Source: Octopus sinensis
Taxonomy: Eukaryota
Assembly: GCF_006345805.1 (NCBI RefSeq)
Contig: NC_043010.1
Coordinates: 37,138,001 to 37,202,000 of the forward strand
Direction of reading: 5' to 3'
Length of the DNA: 64,000 bases
Shown: positions 26,111 to 38,940 of the stretch, in pieces
Layout: each line of letters starts with the position of its first letter
Numbering within the stretch: position 1 is the first letter of the stretch
Notes under the pieces: model-generated
The model's database searches: none
What the model was told of the DNA's origin: nothing
What the model saw: the letters and a program-made list of their open reading frames with translations, nothing else
Made by a program: the position numbers and the translations under genes

Positions 26111-28779
26111 GAAGACCAAAGAAGACATGGCATAGTATGTTCTTGAATGGTAGATATAGGAGTCAGAGCCTGAGTAGAGCTAAGAGGAAAATGAGCAATC
26201 AGGGTATTTGGAGAGGTTTCATTGTCCATTGTGCTGACAACACTGAAGGATATAAGAGACAGACCAAGAGAACTTTGTCATCTCTTTTTAGTGTTAGGTT
26301 AACTATGTTGTTGAAAGTAGGGTGGTTTTTATCCATTAGCACTGCCAACAGATTGCTTACTACGTATTCAACTTCTGGTATTCCAGAGACTCATTCATAT
26401 TCTTCGCTGTCATATAAACAATATTTGGAACTAAAAAAAAACAACAGATGATTTCAGTTTTCTGAGTCAGTGTAGCACAGTCTCCTTCAAACTCCTAGAA
26501 GAGGCCAATTCTTCTATTGTCTTCTATTTGGAGAATCGGTCTGTGAAAATATTGTTAGCACACTGCACAATAAAATCTAAGACGACGCTAATAGACTGGA
26601 AATGTTAACTTATTTTAGCAACCACTCATCTTGTAAATTTAGATATACAAACATAAGTAGATGGATGTCGAAGCAAAATACCAACGTGTGTATGTGTATG
26701 TGTGTGTGTGTGTGTGTGGTGTGTGTGTGTGCACTAGGACATGTGTTTGTGTGTTTGTGCCTGTTTGTATGTGTGATTGTGAGTGTGTTGTTTACATATG
26801 TGTGTTCGTTCAATCAATCAATCAATCAACTTTATTTATATCAAGAGTGATTATCTTTTATCTTTTAATGTTCATTCCTAAAGGGGGTAGATATATTCCC
26901 ACCACCCCACCTTCCCCCTCCAGAATCTTTGCTAGACGTTTTTACTTTAATATCAGTGAATACACAAGCTTATTACACTATATCTTACTGACCATGTACC
27001 TGAGTTCTAATCCTGATGGCTATCAAATGATGTCTTTCATCTCTCCGACTATTTTCATAAAATAAATATAAGTCTTCTACTGAACCTCATTCTGCCATCT
27101 CTATTCCATTCCCTTTAAAATTCTCCTCTGCTACTCCCTCTCACCCCATCTGCTCTACCCACTCCTTGTGTCTAATCAAAACACAATGTTATTAATATTT
27201 CATGGCAAGTGATAGATAACTGAATCAGGAAAGTATTGCTTAAAATACTTTGTAGTATCTTAGTTTTAGCTCTTTATGTCCTTAGTTCGGTCTCCCACCG
27301 GAGTTGATTTTCATTTTCTAACTTTCTGAAGTGCATATAGTTGACTGTCCGTTTGAAGGCTGTGCCCCAGCATGGGCACAATTTTATAGCTGAAACCAGG
27401 GAGCTGCACTAAGTTCCAATCTGATTTGGCAAGATTTCTATGGCTGGATGCCCTTTATATAAAATCTGCCTCAATAAACACTATCCACCCCATGCTAGCA
27501 TGGAAAAGTGGATGTCAAAGTGATTATGGTGATGATATATATTAAGAAAGGGATGACAGAAAGAGGAAGGTTAATTAGTCACTTTCATTAGCTTATGGTT
27601 TTTATAGCTGTAGGGTGGGTGAGGCTATAAGATGATGTTATACTAGTCCTCGACTCTAGGTGTACAATTCTTTAACCCTGAAACAGCTGTAAGGTAATAA
27701 AGATGATTACGTAACTACTGTTCCTTTATCATTCATTTATTAATTTATATTATGCTCTGTACTGACCTTTTGATAAATAAAAGAGTTCGGTATAGAGAAA
27801 ATTAGAGAATTCCACCCTCCTTACTTTTGAAAGTTAAGTATATTGGGTTTGAATAACTCATTATTAGTACCACTATGGCTAAGCAGAATCATAATGTAAT
27901 AAATATGTGTATAAGTATCTACATATGTGTATGTATATGTGCATGTATGTTTATATATGTACATATATATATATATCTGTTTGAGTGTATGTATTTTTGT
28001 ATGTGTATGTATGTATAAGATAAAGAAGAACTGATAACCAAGCACCTGGCTACAATAGATTTTCAATGTCCAATAACTAAGCTGGCCTATCCATCACCAT
28101 CGTTGTAGTGTGTGTGTGTGTGTGTGTGTGTGTGTATCCCCTGTGCTTTCATTGATTATGGCTGCAAGTCAGCACAATACACCTTTCTTCAATATACAAG
28201 ATACAAGATTTTTGTTGGCTAAGCATCAACGTCCTTTACGTGTGATACACCAGCAGAAAAATCTATATTCTCTAATATCTATCGTAGGGCGTGTAGCATA
28301 TTTGATTGTCTTTGATTTTTGTTTTCTTTTTCTTTATTCTTTTCGGGGTTTTTTTCATTGTTTTTGTTTTTTGTTTCAGAATTCTATAATATTGAACACA
28401 TTGTTGATTATCTCAAAAAACAAAAAAAAACAAATCTCATTGATTAATTAATAAAGCAGCTATTAAAATTATACATACAGAGCTTGTAAGTAGGTTATGG
28501 TTGTTGTTATGCATTTCGGTAAAACTTAAATGTTTAATTGATAGTAAAATATTTGCAGCCCAGTTGTAAAGTTGTAATGGCAAAAAACAAAAATCTGGAA
28601 TTTTTTTTTTCACCAAGAAAATCAATTTTGCTTTCCTTGTTGTCACCATACATATATACATACACACACAAACACACATATATATAAATACATATATACA
28701 TATACACACACACAAACATATATATATAAGTATATATATGCACACATATATTGACAAATACACGTATACCTATATACAT

Positions 28780-29392
28780 ATGCACATACTTTTGTGTGAA
28801 AACTAGATATAAACACACATACACACATATATATCTCAGTATATATATATATGCACACATATACATGTGTATACACACATGCACACGTATTTAAGTGTGT
28901 ATGTATACATATATATATATATGCACACATATATACACGTGTATATGCACATACTTTTATGAGAAAACTAGATACAAACACATGCATACACACATATATC
29001 TAAGTATATATACATATATATATATATGCACACATATATACACATGTATACATACACACTACACATGTATATACCTGTGTACATGTGCACATACTTTTGT
29101 GTGAAAACTAGATATAAACACACACATACACACATATATATCTAAGTATATATATATATGCACACATATAAACACATGTATACACACACATACACTATAC
29201 ATATGTATATACCTATGTACATGTGCACATACTTTTGTGTGAAAACTAGATATAAACACACATATATATCTAAGTATATATATATATATATATATATGCA
29301 CACATATATACACTTGTATACACACACATACACTACACATATGTATATGCCTTTATACATGTGCACATACTTTTGTGTGGAAACTAGATATC
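28780..29392. repeat. Tandem repeat of about 139 bp built on CA/TA microsatellite
   Basis: TGCACATACTTTTGTGTGAAAACTAGATAT-like anchor at about 28781, 28946, 29085, 29224 and 29362. Confidence 0.9.
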
Positions 29393-29975
29393 TTAAGTCT
29401 ATAATAATACTGCATTAAAATCTCTGGTTACTACATGTAAAGAGATATTTCCAGATTCTGTGCACGCCCACCACAAATGTGTATTGACCATTCTCTTGTG
29501 TTTTTCGTCACACACACACATTTACATACATGACTCCGTGTGTGTATGTGTGTGTGTGTGTGTGTGCATGTGTGTGTAGTTGATGCAGCCATGTTCGTGT
29601 GGTTAAGACGCTTGCTTCCCAATCACCTGGTTTCTTTCAAGATCACTCCCAAAGTGTGGCACTTTGGGTGTCTTCTATTATAACCCTGAGCTGAACTAAC
29701 TCTTGTGAGTGAATTTGGTAAGCAGTAAATTAAAAGAAGCTTGTTTTGTATGTATGTGTATGTATATACAGTTGTATATGCGTATATGTGAATGAATGAG
29801 TTTTTCTCTTTCCTCATCATATGATAGTTGCAAATGAGTGTTACTGTCATACAAAACAGTGGCATTTATTTCCAATATTCTGTAGAAAACCATCTGGTCA
29901 TGGGGAAATATTACTTTCCTTGAAAACAGGTGAGGATGGGCAACAGGAAGAGCATCCACCCTTAAAAAATTTGCC

Positions 29976-30207
29976 TTAACCTTTTAACATTTAAACTGAC
30001 CATATCAGGCTCAAATATTCTACCTGTTTTATTTTCAAATCAGCCAAATCTATCCTCCCACTGCTAGCTACCTTATAATGCCGTTCTGAAAATAAACAGT
30101 CACATTATTGAAACCTCAAAGCTAAGAGATAATGCATGATTAATTCAAAACCATATGATTAAATAAGTATTACATTTGACAGAGTAATCTAAATGCTGAA
30201 AGGTTAA
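29976..30207. mobile_element. piggyBac-like MITE
   Basis: TTAA-CCTTT...AAAGG-TTAA ends; same family as 61765-62217. Confidence 0.75.
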
Positions 30208-30399
30208 TAAATTGTCCAAACTATGCAACTGTGGAAAAGTGGATGGTAAAATGATGATGATACTCTTTTTTTCTTTCTGGCAGTCAGTGTTGTGTGCTTA
30301 CTACTCTCAAAGTTTTGCCTCAAAAAATATGAAATTCCTTCAAGCATTGATATTGTCTATAACTTTTGTGAATTGAATGCACTGTTCATTGTTTTAGCT

Positions 30400-30835
30400 C
30401 TTAGATCCTCCAGTGCTGTCAGCACAACAGGCCACAAACCATCTCAAGTGATCACAATTGCTTGCTTTCCTCTTAGCTGCACCTGGGCCAACTCCCATCA
30501 CTTCCATGTTGTCCTGGAACTTACTGCATCACGTCTTATTTGGTCTCCTACTTGGTCTTTTTCCTCCTCCCAGCATCCACCCCATCACGATGATAGCACA
30601 TCTCTCCTGTGGTAATCAAAGCACATGGTCATTAAACTGTATCCACTGCTTTGTCACTTGTACTGCAGGCTTCCCATGCTAGCTCTTCTCTTCACCACTT
30701 CATTTTCTCACTCTGTCCCAGTAAGAGATGCTCTGGATTGAATGTAGGCAGTGTGGATGAAACACATCCAGCAACTGAGAGATCTTTGCTGTCTTCTTCC
30801 AGGTTTCACAGGTGTAGATGGCTCTTGATATGTTT
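30400..30835 (-). mobile_element. Decayed RTE LINE 3' end
   Basis: Minus frame AIYTCETWKKTAKISQLLDVFH...SISYWDRV, then a GGGKRPSRRPNKT-like segment; stops and frameshifts present. Confidence 0.8.
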
Positions 30836-31811
30836 TACTAACCACATATATACCGATTATTACTCATATAGTGTGGATGGTTCAGTTATTATGAAGCTAA
30901 GTCCATACCATGGTTTCATAATAAATTACAGAGGTATTTATAAACATATAACAGACACTGTATATCAACAACATTTTTCATTACTAGGTTCAGTCTTTGG
31001 ATTACTGCTATGTTCAGCTTCCAAGTGTCTTTCTCCATTATATCAGTTCCATTCTAGAACACAGGGATGCAGCTCAGTCAGTTACTTTTGCTATTGCACG
31101 TGTGCACACATGCACACACGTGCACACATACACCCTCCCCCCCATACACACACAGAGAACAAACAAAGGTTGCCATATATGAGGTGATGAGCTGAAAATA
31201 ATATTTTGATTAATTGAAATTATAACCCTTATGTGAAGAGAAAGTCAATAAGCATTAATAGAAATTATTCTCAGAATGGGATGGACAAGGGGAGGGGGAG
31301 AACCACTTGAATTTCAATCAGTCAAAAATTAAATTGAGTTATAGAAACAGTTGCAGGAGAAAATGTCTGATCTTTGACAGCTATCATGACAAATCTAGAC
31401 ATGTTTGAACCTTATTTGACCTCCTCAGCAAAGCATAGTCCAAGCAATGACTGCCAAGAACACAGAATGACTAGGAGAAATAGTATTTTTCTTTGTGTGT
31501 GTGTTTTTATGAAAAAATTTCACTGAATAGTATGTATGTTGGACTCCACACAATTTCTGTTTACAAAAATTTTTTTCACTCAGTTAATTGATTTGCCAGA
31601 GGCTTCGGTAAAAAACAAATGTTTCATTACTGCACTGTGGAATTGAACCTAGATTAGTCACACTGCCATGCTTGTGGCCATTGCACTATAATGGTTACAT
31701 ATGCAAGGCACCACGCACACATGTAGAACAAAGACATAAACAATCAAACAACAGGTGTCAGATTAGGTTATGACATTTATATGTTTAAACATGAATTTTG
31801 AATTGTTGCAG

Positions 31812-31885
31812 GAGCATAGATCCCAAGTGGTTGATAAAAAATCAGTTCATAATGCTTATGGCATATTCTTTGGAACAGTTAAATG
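31812..31885 (+). CDS. Candidate 74-nt exon, product unknown
   Basis: Acceptor ttgttgcAG, donor ATG|GTAAGT, two open frames. Confidence 0.2.
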
Positions 31886-32424
31886 GTAAGTCTGAATTAT
31901 TGGTGTTAGATAAAGCAGATCATCATAGGTGTAATAATCTAAAGCTGTGCAAGGAGGGAGGAAATAAGGAAGGTGTGCAGATAGTTTCTTACAGCTGTTT
32001 CAAGAATAGCTGTGCAGATGATGCATTTCCCTGCAAATGAGCAGGAGCCAACCTTATCCTTGCAATCTATTCCATCATCATAGGAAGAATGAGGCAGAGC
32101 CTTGATAGAAAATAATGATATACTTGTGATCTTTTATTGACTTCTTGTGATCTATACTCCTGTAACAATTCAACACTCATATTTAAATACATGAATATCA
32201 ACATCATAATCTAATCTGATAACCAGTTGTTTATTGATTTAGCCTATTTGTTCTATCATGCATGTATCTATTCAACTGAAACGCTACCTATAGCCAATTG
32301 CCACTTGGTATGTATAACATGCCGGCTTTTTGGTTGCATTTCATGTTGGAGTTTAGGCCACAGTCAACCTGTTGTTGGTCCCTATTATCTTACGTCATCA
32401 GATATGATATAACCCGCATTCTAA

Positions 32425-32458
<34 letters not shown>

Positions 32459-32539
32459 ACACGTACACATTTGTATATTTATTTATATATGTATAATTAT
32501 GGATGTATGTATGTATGTATATATATTTATTTATGTATG

Positions 32540-32603
<64 letters not shown>

Positions 32604-33263
32604 GGTATATATGTGCATGTGTGTGTTATATGTATATGAAGGGAGGGGAAACAGTTTTATATTTGTTTTTTGGTTTCCCTGGTTCCTACTTAACTATGAA
32701 TACTCCTACCCCCACCCACCCCACTGTAGACTATCATGCTATCCTGGTTTGAGACACATCACTGAACACACCATTTTCATGCTGGGAATCCAGAACAAGG
32801 TACCCTGGCAGATATCAACTTCTCCCGCCATCCTAGCGTGTACTCTTGGGAGTATTTGAACTAAGCATTTTCAAGCTATTAAAGCAATCTTTCAGTTAAA
32901 GGATAATGTGCCCCCACCCCCTACTGTTTGTAATTTGAAGGAATAAACTGACAACATACACACACACACACACACACACAATTAAAAATCCGAGTATCTA
33001 GTTACAATCTTTTGGGTTTTTTTTCCTCTATCCATCTTATCTACATTCACTCTTAATGTAAAATGCATAAATGAATTTTGTTTCTTCTGTCTCCCTTTCC
33101 TTCCTCTATCTCTCCCCCTGTCTTTGTCCTCTACACAGTCTCTCTCTCTCTCTTTCTCATCCTTTTTCTTCCCCCTCCAACTCTTTCTCTTTGTATGTAT
33201 GTGTGTATATATATATATATGATTTTCAGGGCAAACACAAGTGAGAAATTCTCTCATACACAT

Positions 33264-33321
<58 letters not shown>

Positions 33322-33339
33322 GTTCTTTATTCTTTCTTT

Positions 33340-33718
33340 TTCTTTTATTCTTTTACTTGTTTCAGTCATTTGACTGTGGTCATGCTGGAGCACTGCCTTT
33401 TGTCGAACAAATCAACCCCAGGACTTATTCTTTGTAAGCCTAGTACTTATTCTATCAGTCTATTCTGCTGAACTTTTCAGTTACGAGAACGTAAACACAC
33501 CAGCATCAGTTGTCAAGCGATGGTGGGGGGGGACACATACACACATATATATATACAACGGGCTTCTTTCAGTTTCCATCTACCAAATCCACTCACAAGG
33601 CTTTGGTCAGCCCGAGGCTATAGTAGAAGACACTTGCCCAAGATGCCACACAGTGGGACAGAACCCAGAACCATGTGGGTGTAAGCAAGCTAGTTACCAC
33701 ACAGCTACTCCTGCACCT
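33340..33718 (-). mobile_element. Family A SINE
   Basis: Full-length reverse-complement copy. Confidence 0.9.
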
Positions 33719-34022
33719 ATACACACACACACATACACACACTATCTGTGTGTGCATACATGAAACTCATGCTCACAGCCATGTCAATTTTTCCCTTATT
33801 AAGGATGGGAAATTGTTAAGTTACCCTACATTCATATCCATATGATATGATTTAAGTACATATTGCCCTTCAGCCATCAGTTGCCAGCATGAGATGAAAC
33901 AAGGATGACAATAAAGAGGACTGTAAGTTGTAACTCTTGACCTGCTAAAAATATCAACGTAATGCCCCTCAAAACCCAGTCTGCAATTTTAGAAGAACCC
34001 ACTTTGGATAATATAGTCGTAT

Positions 34023-34185
34023 AGGTGCAGGTGTGGCTGTGTGGTAAGAAGCTTGCTTCTCAACCACATGGTTCCGAGTTCAGTCCCACTGTGTGGCACC
34101 TTGGTCAAATGTCTTCTACTATAGCCTCAGGCCGACCTGAGCCTCTTGAGTGGATTTGGTTGATTGAAATTGAAAGAAGCCCATC

Positions 34186-34255
<70 letters not shown>

Positions 34256-34448
34256 ATATCATGTCTGTGTTTGTCTACCATCACCACTTGACATCCCTGT
34301 AACTTAGCAGTTCAGCAAAAGAGCCTGGTAGAATATATACTAGGCTTAAAAATAAGTCCTGGGGCCGATTTGTTCAACTAAAACCACTCAAGATGGTGCT
34401 CCAGCATGGCTGCAGTCAAATGACTGAAACTAGTAAAAGAATAAAAGA
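34023..34448 (+). mobile_element. Family A SINE
   Basis: Head GGTGCAGGTGTGGCTGTGTGG, B box, tail AAAAGAAT. Confidence 0.9.
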
Positions 34449-34863
34449 ATAACATTGTTAGGTTTGCTTGGGGGTGGGATGCTGGTCATGGAGATAGGGT
34501 GGTCATAGCAGCTGATGTATCAACTGACCCAAAGGTCTGCTGAATCAGATATCTATCTCTATGGTTGAGCAGTTTGCCTTTCATCTTTCTGGGTTTGATA
34601 AAATAGAGTACCAGCCAAGCACTTCATCATCATCATCATCATTTTTCATGTCCACTTTTCCATGCTTGCATGGAGCTTATTGAGGTAGATTTTCTATGGT
34701 CAGATGCCCTGCTTGCTGCCAAGCCTCACCTGTTTCTAAGTGAGCCAATAGTTCCCCATGGCCACACATTCTTTCACAGAATAGTGGATATGAATACCAC
34801 TGGGTTGTATGACAGTGACACTCATTTATGATTATCAAGACAAGGAGACATAGGGACACACAC

Positions 34864-35010
34864 ATTCTGTAAATATAATTATTATAAGCTTAAGCTTATA
34901 AGCATATGCCATATATTGGCTGTAGAAAATAGTCTAATATTGGGGCAATTTCTATAACCAATATACGGTGTATGCTTATAAGCCTAAACTTATAAGTATA
35001 TTCACAGAAT
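34864..35010. mobile_element. Fold-back MITE, about 65-bp imperfect arms
   Basis: ATTCTGTAAATATA...GTAGAAA pairs with TTTCTATA...TATATTCACAGAAT. Confidence 0.7.
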
Positions 35011-36028
35011 TTTCACTTGTTACCATTTCTTAACTTACGCTGAACATGCACACATACACCAACCACAGGCTTTTTTCAGTTTCCGTCTACCATATCCACT
35101 CACAAGGCTTTGATTAGCATGGGACTATGGTAAAATAGTAAGAGACTTGCTCAAGTTGCCATGTGGTGGGCCTGAACTCAGACTCATGTGTTTAGAAATC
35201 AGCCGATTTTACCAGACAACCACATCTGCACCTAAAGTACCAGCCAGGTACTGTGTGTTGATTTAATTGACCATATCCCTCCTCTTAAATTTGTGGCTTT
35301 GTGCCTATCTTAGACATCACTACTACATTCTTATCAATACAGCTTTTTATTTTTTATTCAATTTCTTATTCCTAAATGCTGTTTCTGCCTCCTTCATTGC
35401 ATTAGTGGGAGGGTAGTGTGGGGATGTGGTGAGTTGGGGGTTAAACAATCAACACTAGCAGAGCTAGGGAATAAAACCCTAACAACTAGGAAGATTTGAA
35501 GGAAGATGTGACTATCAGGTTTGGCGAAGCAGAAATGTTTTAAAAAGTCCATACTGCATGAGTTACTTTCTTTGTTTTTTTTTTTTTTACACATGCATGC
35601 TTGGCAGATTAACTTTTGTTTTGTTCTATCTTTACCTTGTCACTCATGCAAAACGAGAATTTATCAAGTGTGATATGGAAGAGACGAAGTTAACCTATAA
35701 AAAAATATCTACCACCCAACTGATCCCTTGTCTTGTATCTCCTTACCTAAATGACAATCAGTGACTATTATCTAGGAAGAAGTTAAGTGTGGGTATACTT
35801 AATGCCTGGATGAGCATTTAAAATAATAAAATAGTATAAAATATGTGCTGAAAAATGAAACAAACAATATTAGTCATTGATAATTTTTCATTTTTCTAGC
35901 AAGTATAAGAGGCAACTGTGGACATGTTCATGCCTTATTGTGTAATATAACCTCACTTTGCTTAAGTGGTAGTGAATGAGTCACTAATTAAAAAGATAGC
36001 AGTGTACATTTGTTGAGAGTGGTGATAT

Positions 36029-36072
36029 ACTTTGCTGACGAGTCCAAAATAAGGCAACACTTTGTCCAGAGT
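36029..36072 (+). ncRNA. Decayed minimal type I hammerhead ribozyme relic
   Basis: ACTTTG-CTGACGA-GTCC..AGGC-AACAC-TTT-GTC-CAGAGT: stem I, CUGANGA and GUC intact, GAAA damaged. Confidence 0.5.
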
Positions 36073-37503
36073 TGTCTCCCATACTTGATAGTAAAAGGTA
36101 ACAGAAAATGAAAATGATGTTTTATGATCAACTAATATGGTTTTCTTTTCACTGTTTGTTTTATTCTACTTTTTAATGAATGCTCTACGCATTGAATATA
36201 TTGAAGCAGAATAAAGTATGTGCTGAAACAAAAATCAATATTAGCCGTTGTTTAATACAATTTATCTTTATTTATACTTGTACTTATTTATTTCTATTTT
36301 ATTTATTTCCTTTTTTTTCTTTTTCTTGCATTGAATGAATTTGCATTTTCCAGCCAACCATTTCTGATTTAATCAAAAGCAGCAGTTGCGTTCTAGGTAT
36401 ATCCATTCAAATCAAATATGTTAGTCAGGGGTTGCCGTACAGACTATTTACAGTTTACTTGTCTCGGCCAACAAAAATGGTAAATGCACACAAGAGTGCT
36501 GTAAATGATTCAAAAAAAGAAGAAAAATAGAGAGAACTGGGGTAAAGCTAAAAGATAGCCAATAAAGATGCAGAACATCTGATAAGCATGGAAGACAAGC
36601 CAATGTGGGGTGATGGGCATTTCGGTTGGTCAGTATTGCATCAAAGACAATTCTCTAAGAACACTCCTGAACTAAAGGATGATAGTGGTGGTAGTGATGG
36701 TCATAGTGGTAACTTCTTGTACTCCTCCTCCTCCTTCTTGTACCTCTACCCTTGTTATTCTTCTTCTTTAATCAAATATGTTGACACACACTGACGAAGT
36801 GTTTAATTGCATGGACAACAATCCACTACATGAAGTTCTTAATATTTGGAATGGGTGGATTTACCTGTTATTAATTGTCAAATTGATAATGGTTTCTGAT
36901 TTAGGCATAAAGAAGGGAGACAGGAACTTTTGGGGAAGAAGAGGTTAGCTAGCCATTACTAACAACCCCAGTTTTTGATGGGTACTTTATCAGCCCAGAA
37001 TAGATGAAAGGTAAGGATGACATTGGTGGAATTTTGTCTCAGAACATAAAGGGCTGGAATAAATGCCTCATGTTCCCACCCACCCACCCAAAAACACTAT
37101 GGCAATTCTACCAGTTCCTCACCACCTTATAATGTTGATTCCACTCTGACACATGGACAGATCAGTGAACAAGTGACTGTTAGAGACACTGCTATCACTT
37201 TCATGCCCTATTGTGTATTAACAAAAAAAAAAGAGGGAGTAAGTGAATTCTGGATGAAATTAGGTTGCCAGATACAGAGTAGAAGCTGATCAAACTGACT
37301 ATATTTCACACATCAAAGGGCCAGCTGTGTTTCACACAGTGTTGCATTGTCTATGGAATACTCAGCCACATTGCACTATAATTCTATGAATATGTAACTC
37401 AGACTCGTGCTGAGATCAACCTGCAGCCGTCAAAAAAGAACGGCTGCAGTGGCCACACTCAAAGTTTATCTAACCAAGATATTTAATCACTGGTAGTGTA
37501 CAA

Positions 37504-38022
37504 CAGGAGTTCTCAATCATATAAGATTTTGAAGGTGTCCACACAACAAAATAGTAAATTGGGGGTCAGGGGGTCAGAATATAGTAAATTGCTTTAGAAG
37601 TATGTATTGGTATTTATTGCAAGAAACAGCTTGGTTTCTTTCTGCGATGTTTTACGTAGATCACCCTACACAAGTTAATGTGTGAAAAGCAAAGCAGGAA
37701 TTTTGAAACAAGTTTCCATAAAACTATTTTTTAAACAATTGCAGTATAAGCCATTTAAGAAACACACAAAAACCGTTAGATTCACTTCAACATTTAAATT
37801 TAATTTTCAAAATATTTTCGTCGCTTTGAAACCGCGACCTGTTCACTGACAAAATTCCGTGCTGCAATTGTTTACGTTCCAGCACACGATCTCAGATCAG
37901 GTCACTTGCTATGCAAGTACATCTCCGTAATGTTTTTTAAACATTGAATGGCTTTGGGGGCCCACCAGAGTAAAATAGTAATCAAAGGGGTCCATAGATG
38001 AAAAATGGTCGAGAACCCCCTA
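37504..38022. mobile_element. hAT MITE with 8-bp TSD, carrying a nested insert
   Basis: Ends CAGGAGTTCTC / GAGAACCCCCTA; TSD GTGTACAA at 37496-37503 and 38023-38030. Confidence 0.85.
37730..37945 (-). mobile_element. Penelope-like fragment with hammerhead-like motif
   Basis: Motif at 37802-37856; second partial copy on plus strand at about 47970-48075. PLE assignment is inferred from the minimal hammerhead architecture. Confidence 0.5.
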
Positions 38023-38714
38023 GTGTACAACAACTCAAGATATAGCTGGTGCTATGACTTTGTGCCTATATGAATAAAAAAGATAAGAAGAATTGGTCCA
38101 CAAATATAACATAGAAAGAAGATATAGAATATTTCACATTTTATTGGAAACAAAATCCTTCACAAATTGTTCCTGTGTTTCATGTTCCAAGTCTTTGAAG
38201 TTTCGTATTTCTGAAATTCAGACAAAAATTGCCAGAGTAATTATTTACACATATTTGTGAAGTTTTCAGTTTCCAGTAAAATCTGATATTTTTACAGCTG
38301 AGTACTTCTTTTACAACTGCATACTCTGTTTTTTTCTCAATTACATACTTTTGGTTTTAGTTCCACTGCGTGACATGTTAGGCAGGTGTCTTCCTGTAAT
38401 AGCACTGAAGCCTTGTGAATGAATATGACACATGGAAACTAAAAGAAGCCCGTTGTGTATCAATGTGTGTATGTGTCCTTGTCTTGATATTGTATTATGT
38501 TGTGAATGAATGCCATACATTTCCAATACTCTGCATTAGCATGTCTGCTCATGGAGAAAGATTACCTGGCTTGGGAACAGGTAAGGATTGGTGACAGGGA
38601 GGCCATCCAAGCATAGAAAATCTACCTCAATAAACTCCACCTGACCCATGCAAGCATAGAAAAACACATTGAAAGGATGCTGATGATGATGATAATATTA
38701 TTTCTATATATCCA

Positions 38715-38772
38715 TACACACTGATACATACATACATACATACATACATACATACATACATACATACATACA

Positions 38773-38806
<34 letters not shown>

Positions 38807-38905
38807 CATACATACATATACATACATACATACATATATATACATACATACATATATATACATACATACATATATATACATACATACATATATATACATA
38901 CATAC

Positions 38906-38940
<35 letters not shown>
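38715..38940. repeat. (TACA)n microsatellite grading into (TA)n
   Basis: Direct inspection. Confidence 0.95.

Noticed and set aside
28780-29392. Repeat-spacer pattern resembling CRISPR
   Set aside because: Spacers are mutually similar microsatellite, the context is eukaryotic, and there are no cas genes.
30651-31187. 178-aa plus ORF
   Set aside because: Begins antisense to an RTE relic and runs into (CA)n; no coherent product.
37421-37449. 10-bp GC-rich hairpin as a Helitron 3' end or terminator
   Set aside because: No CTRR at the expected distance and no U-run; isolated.
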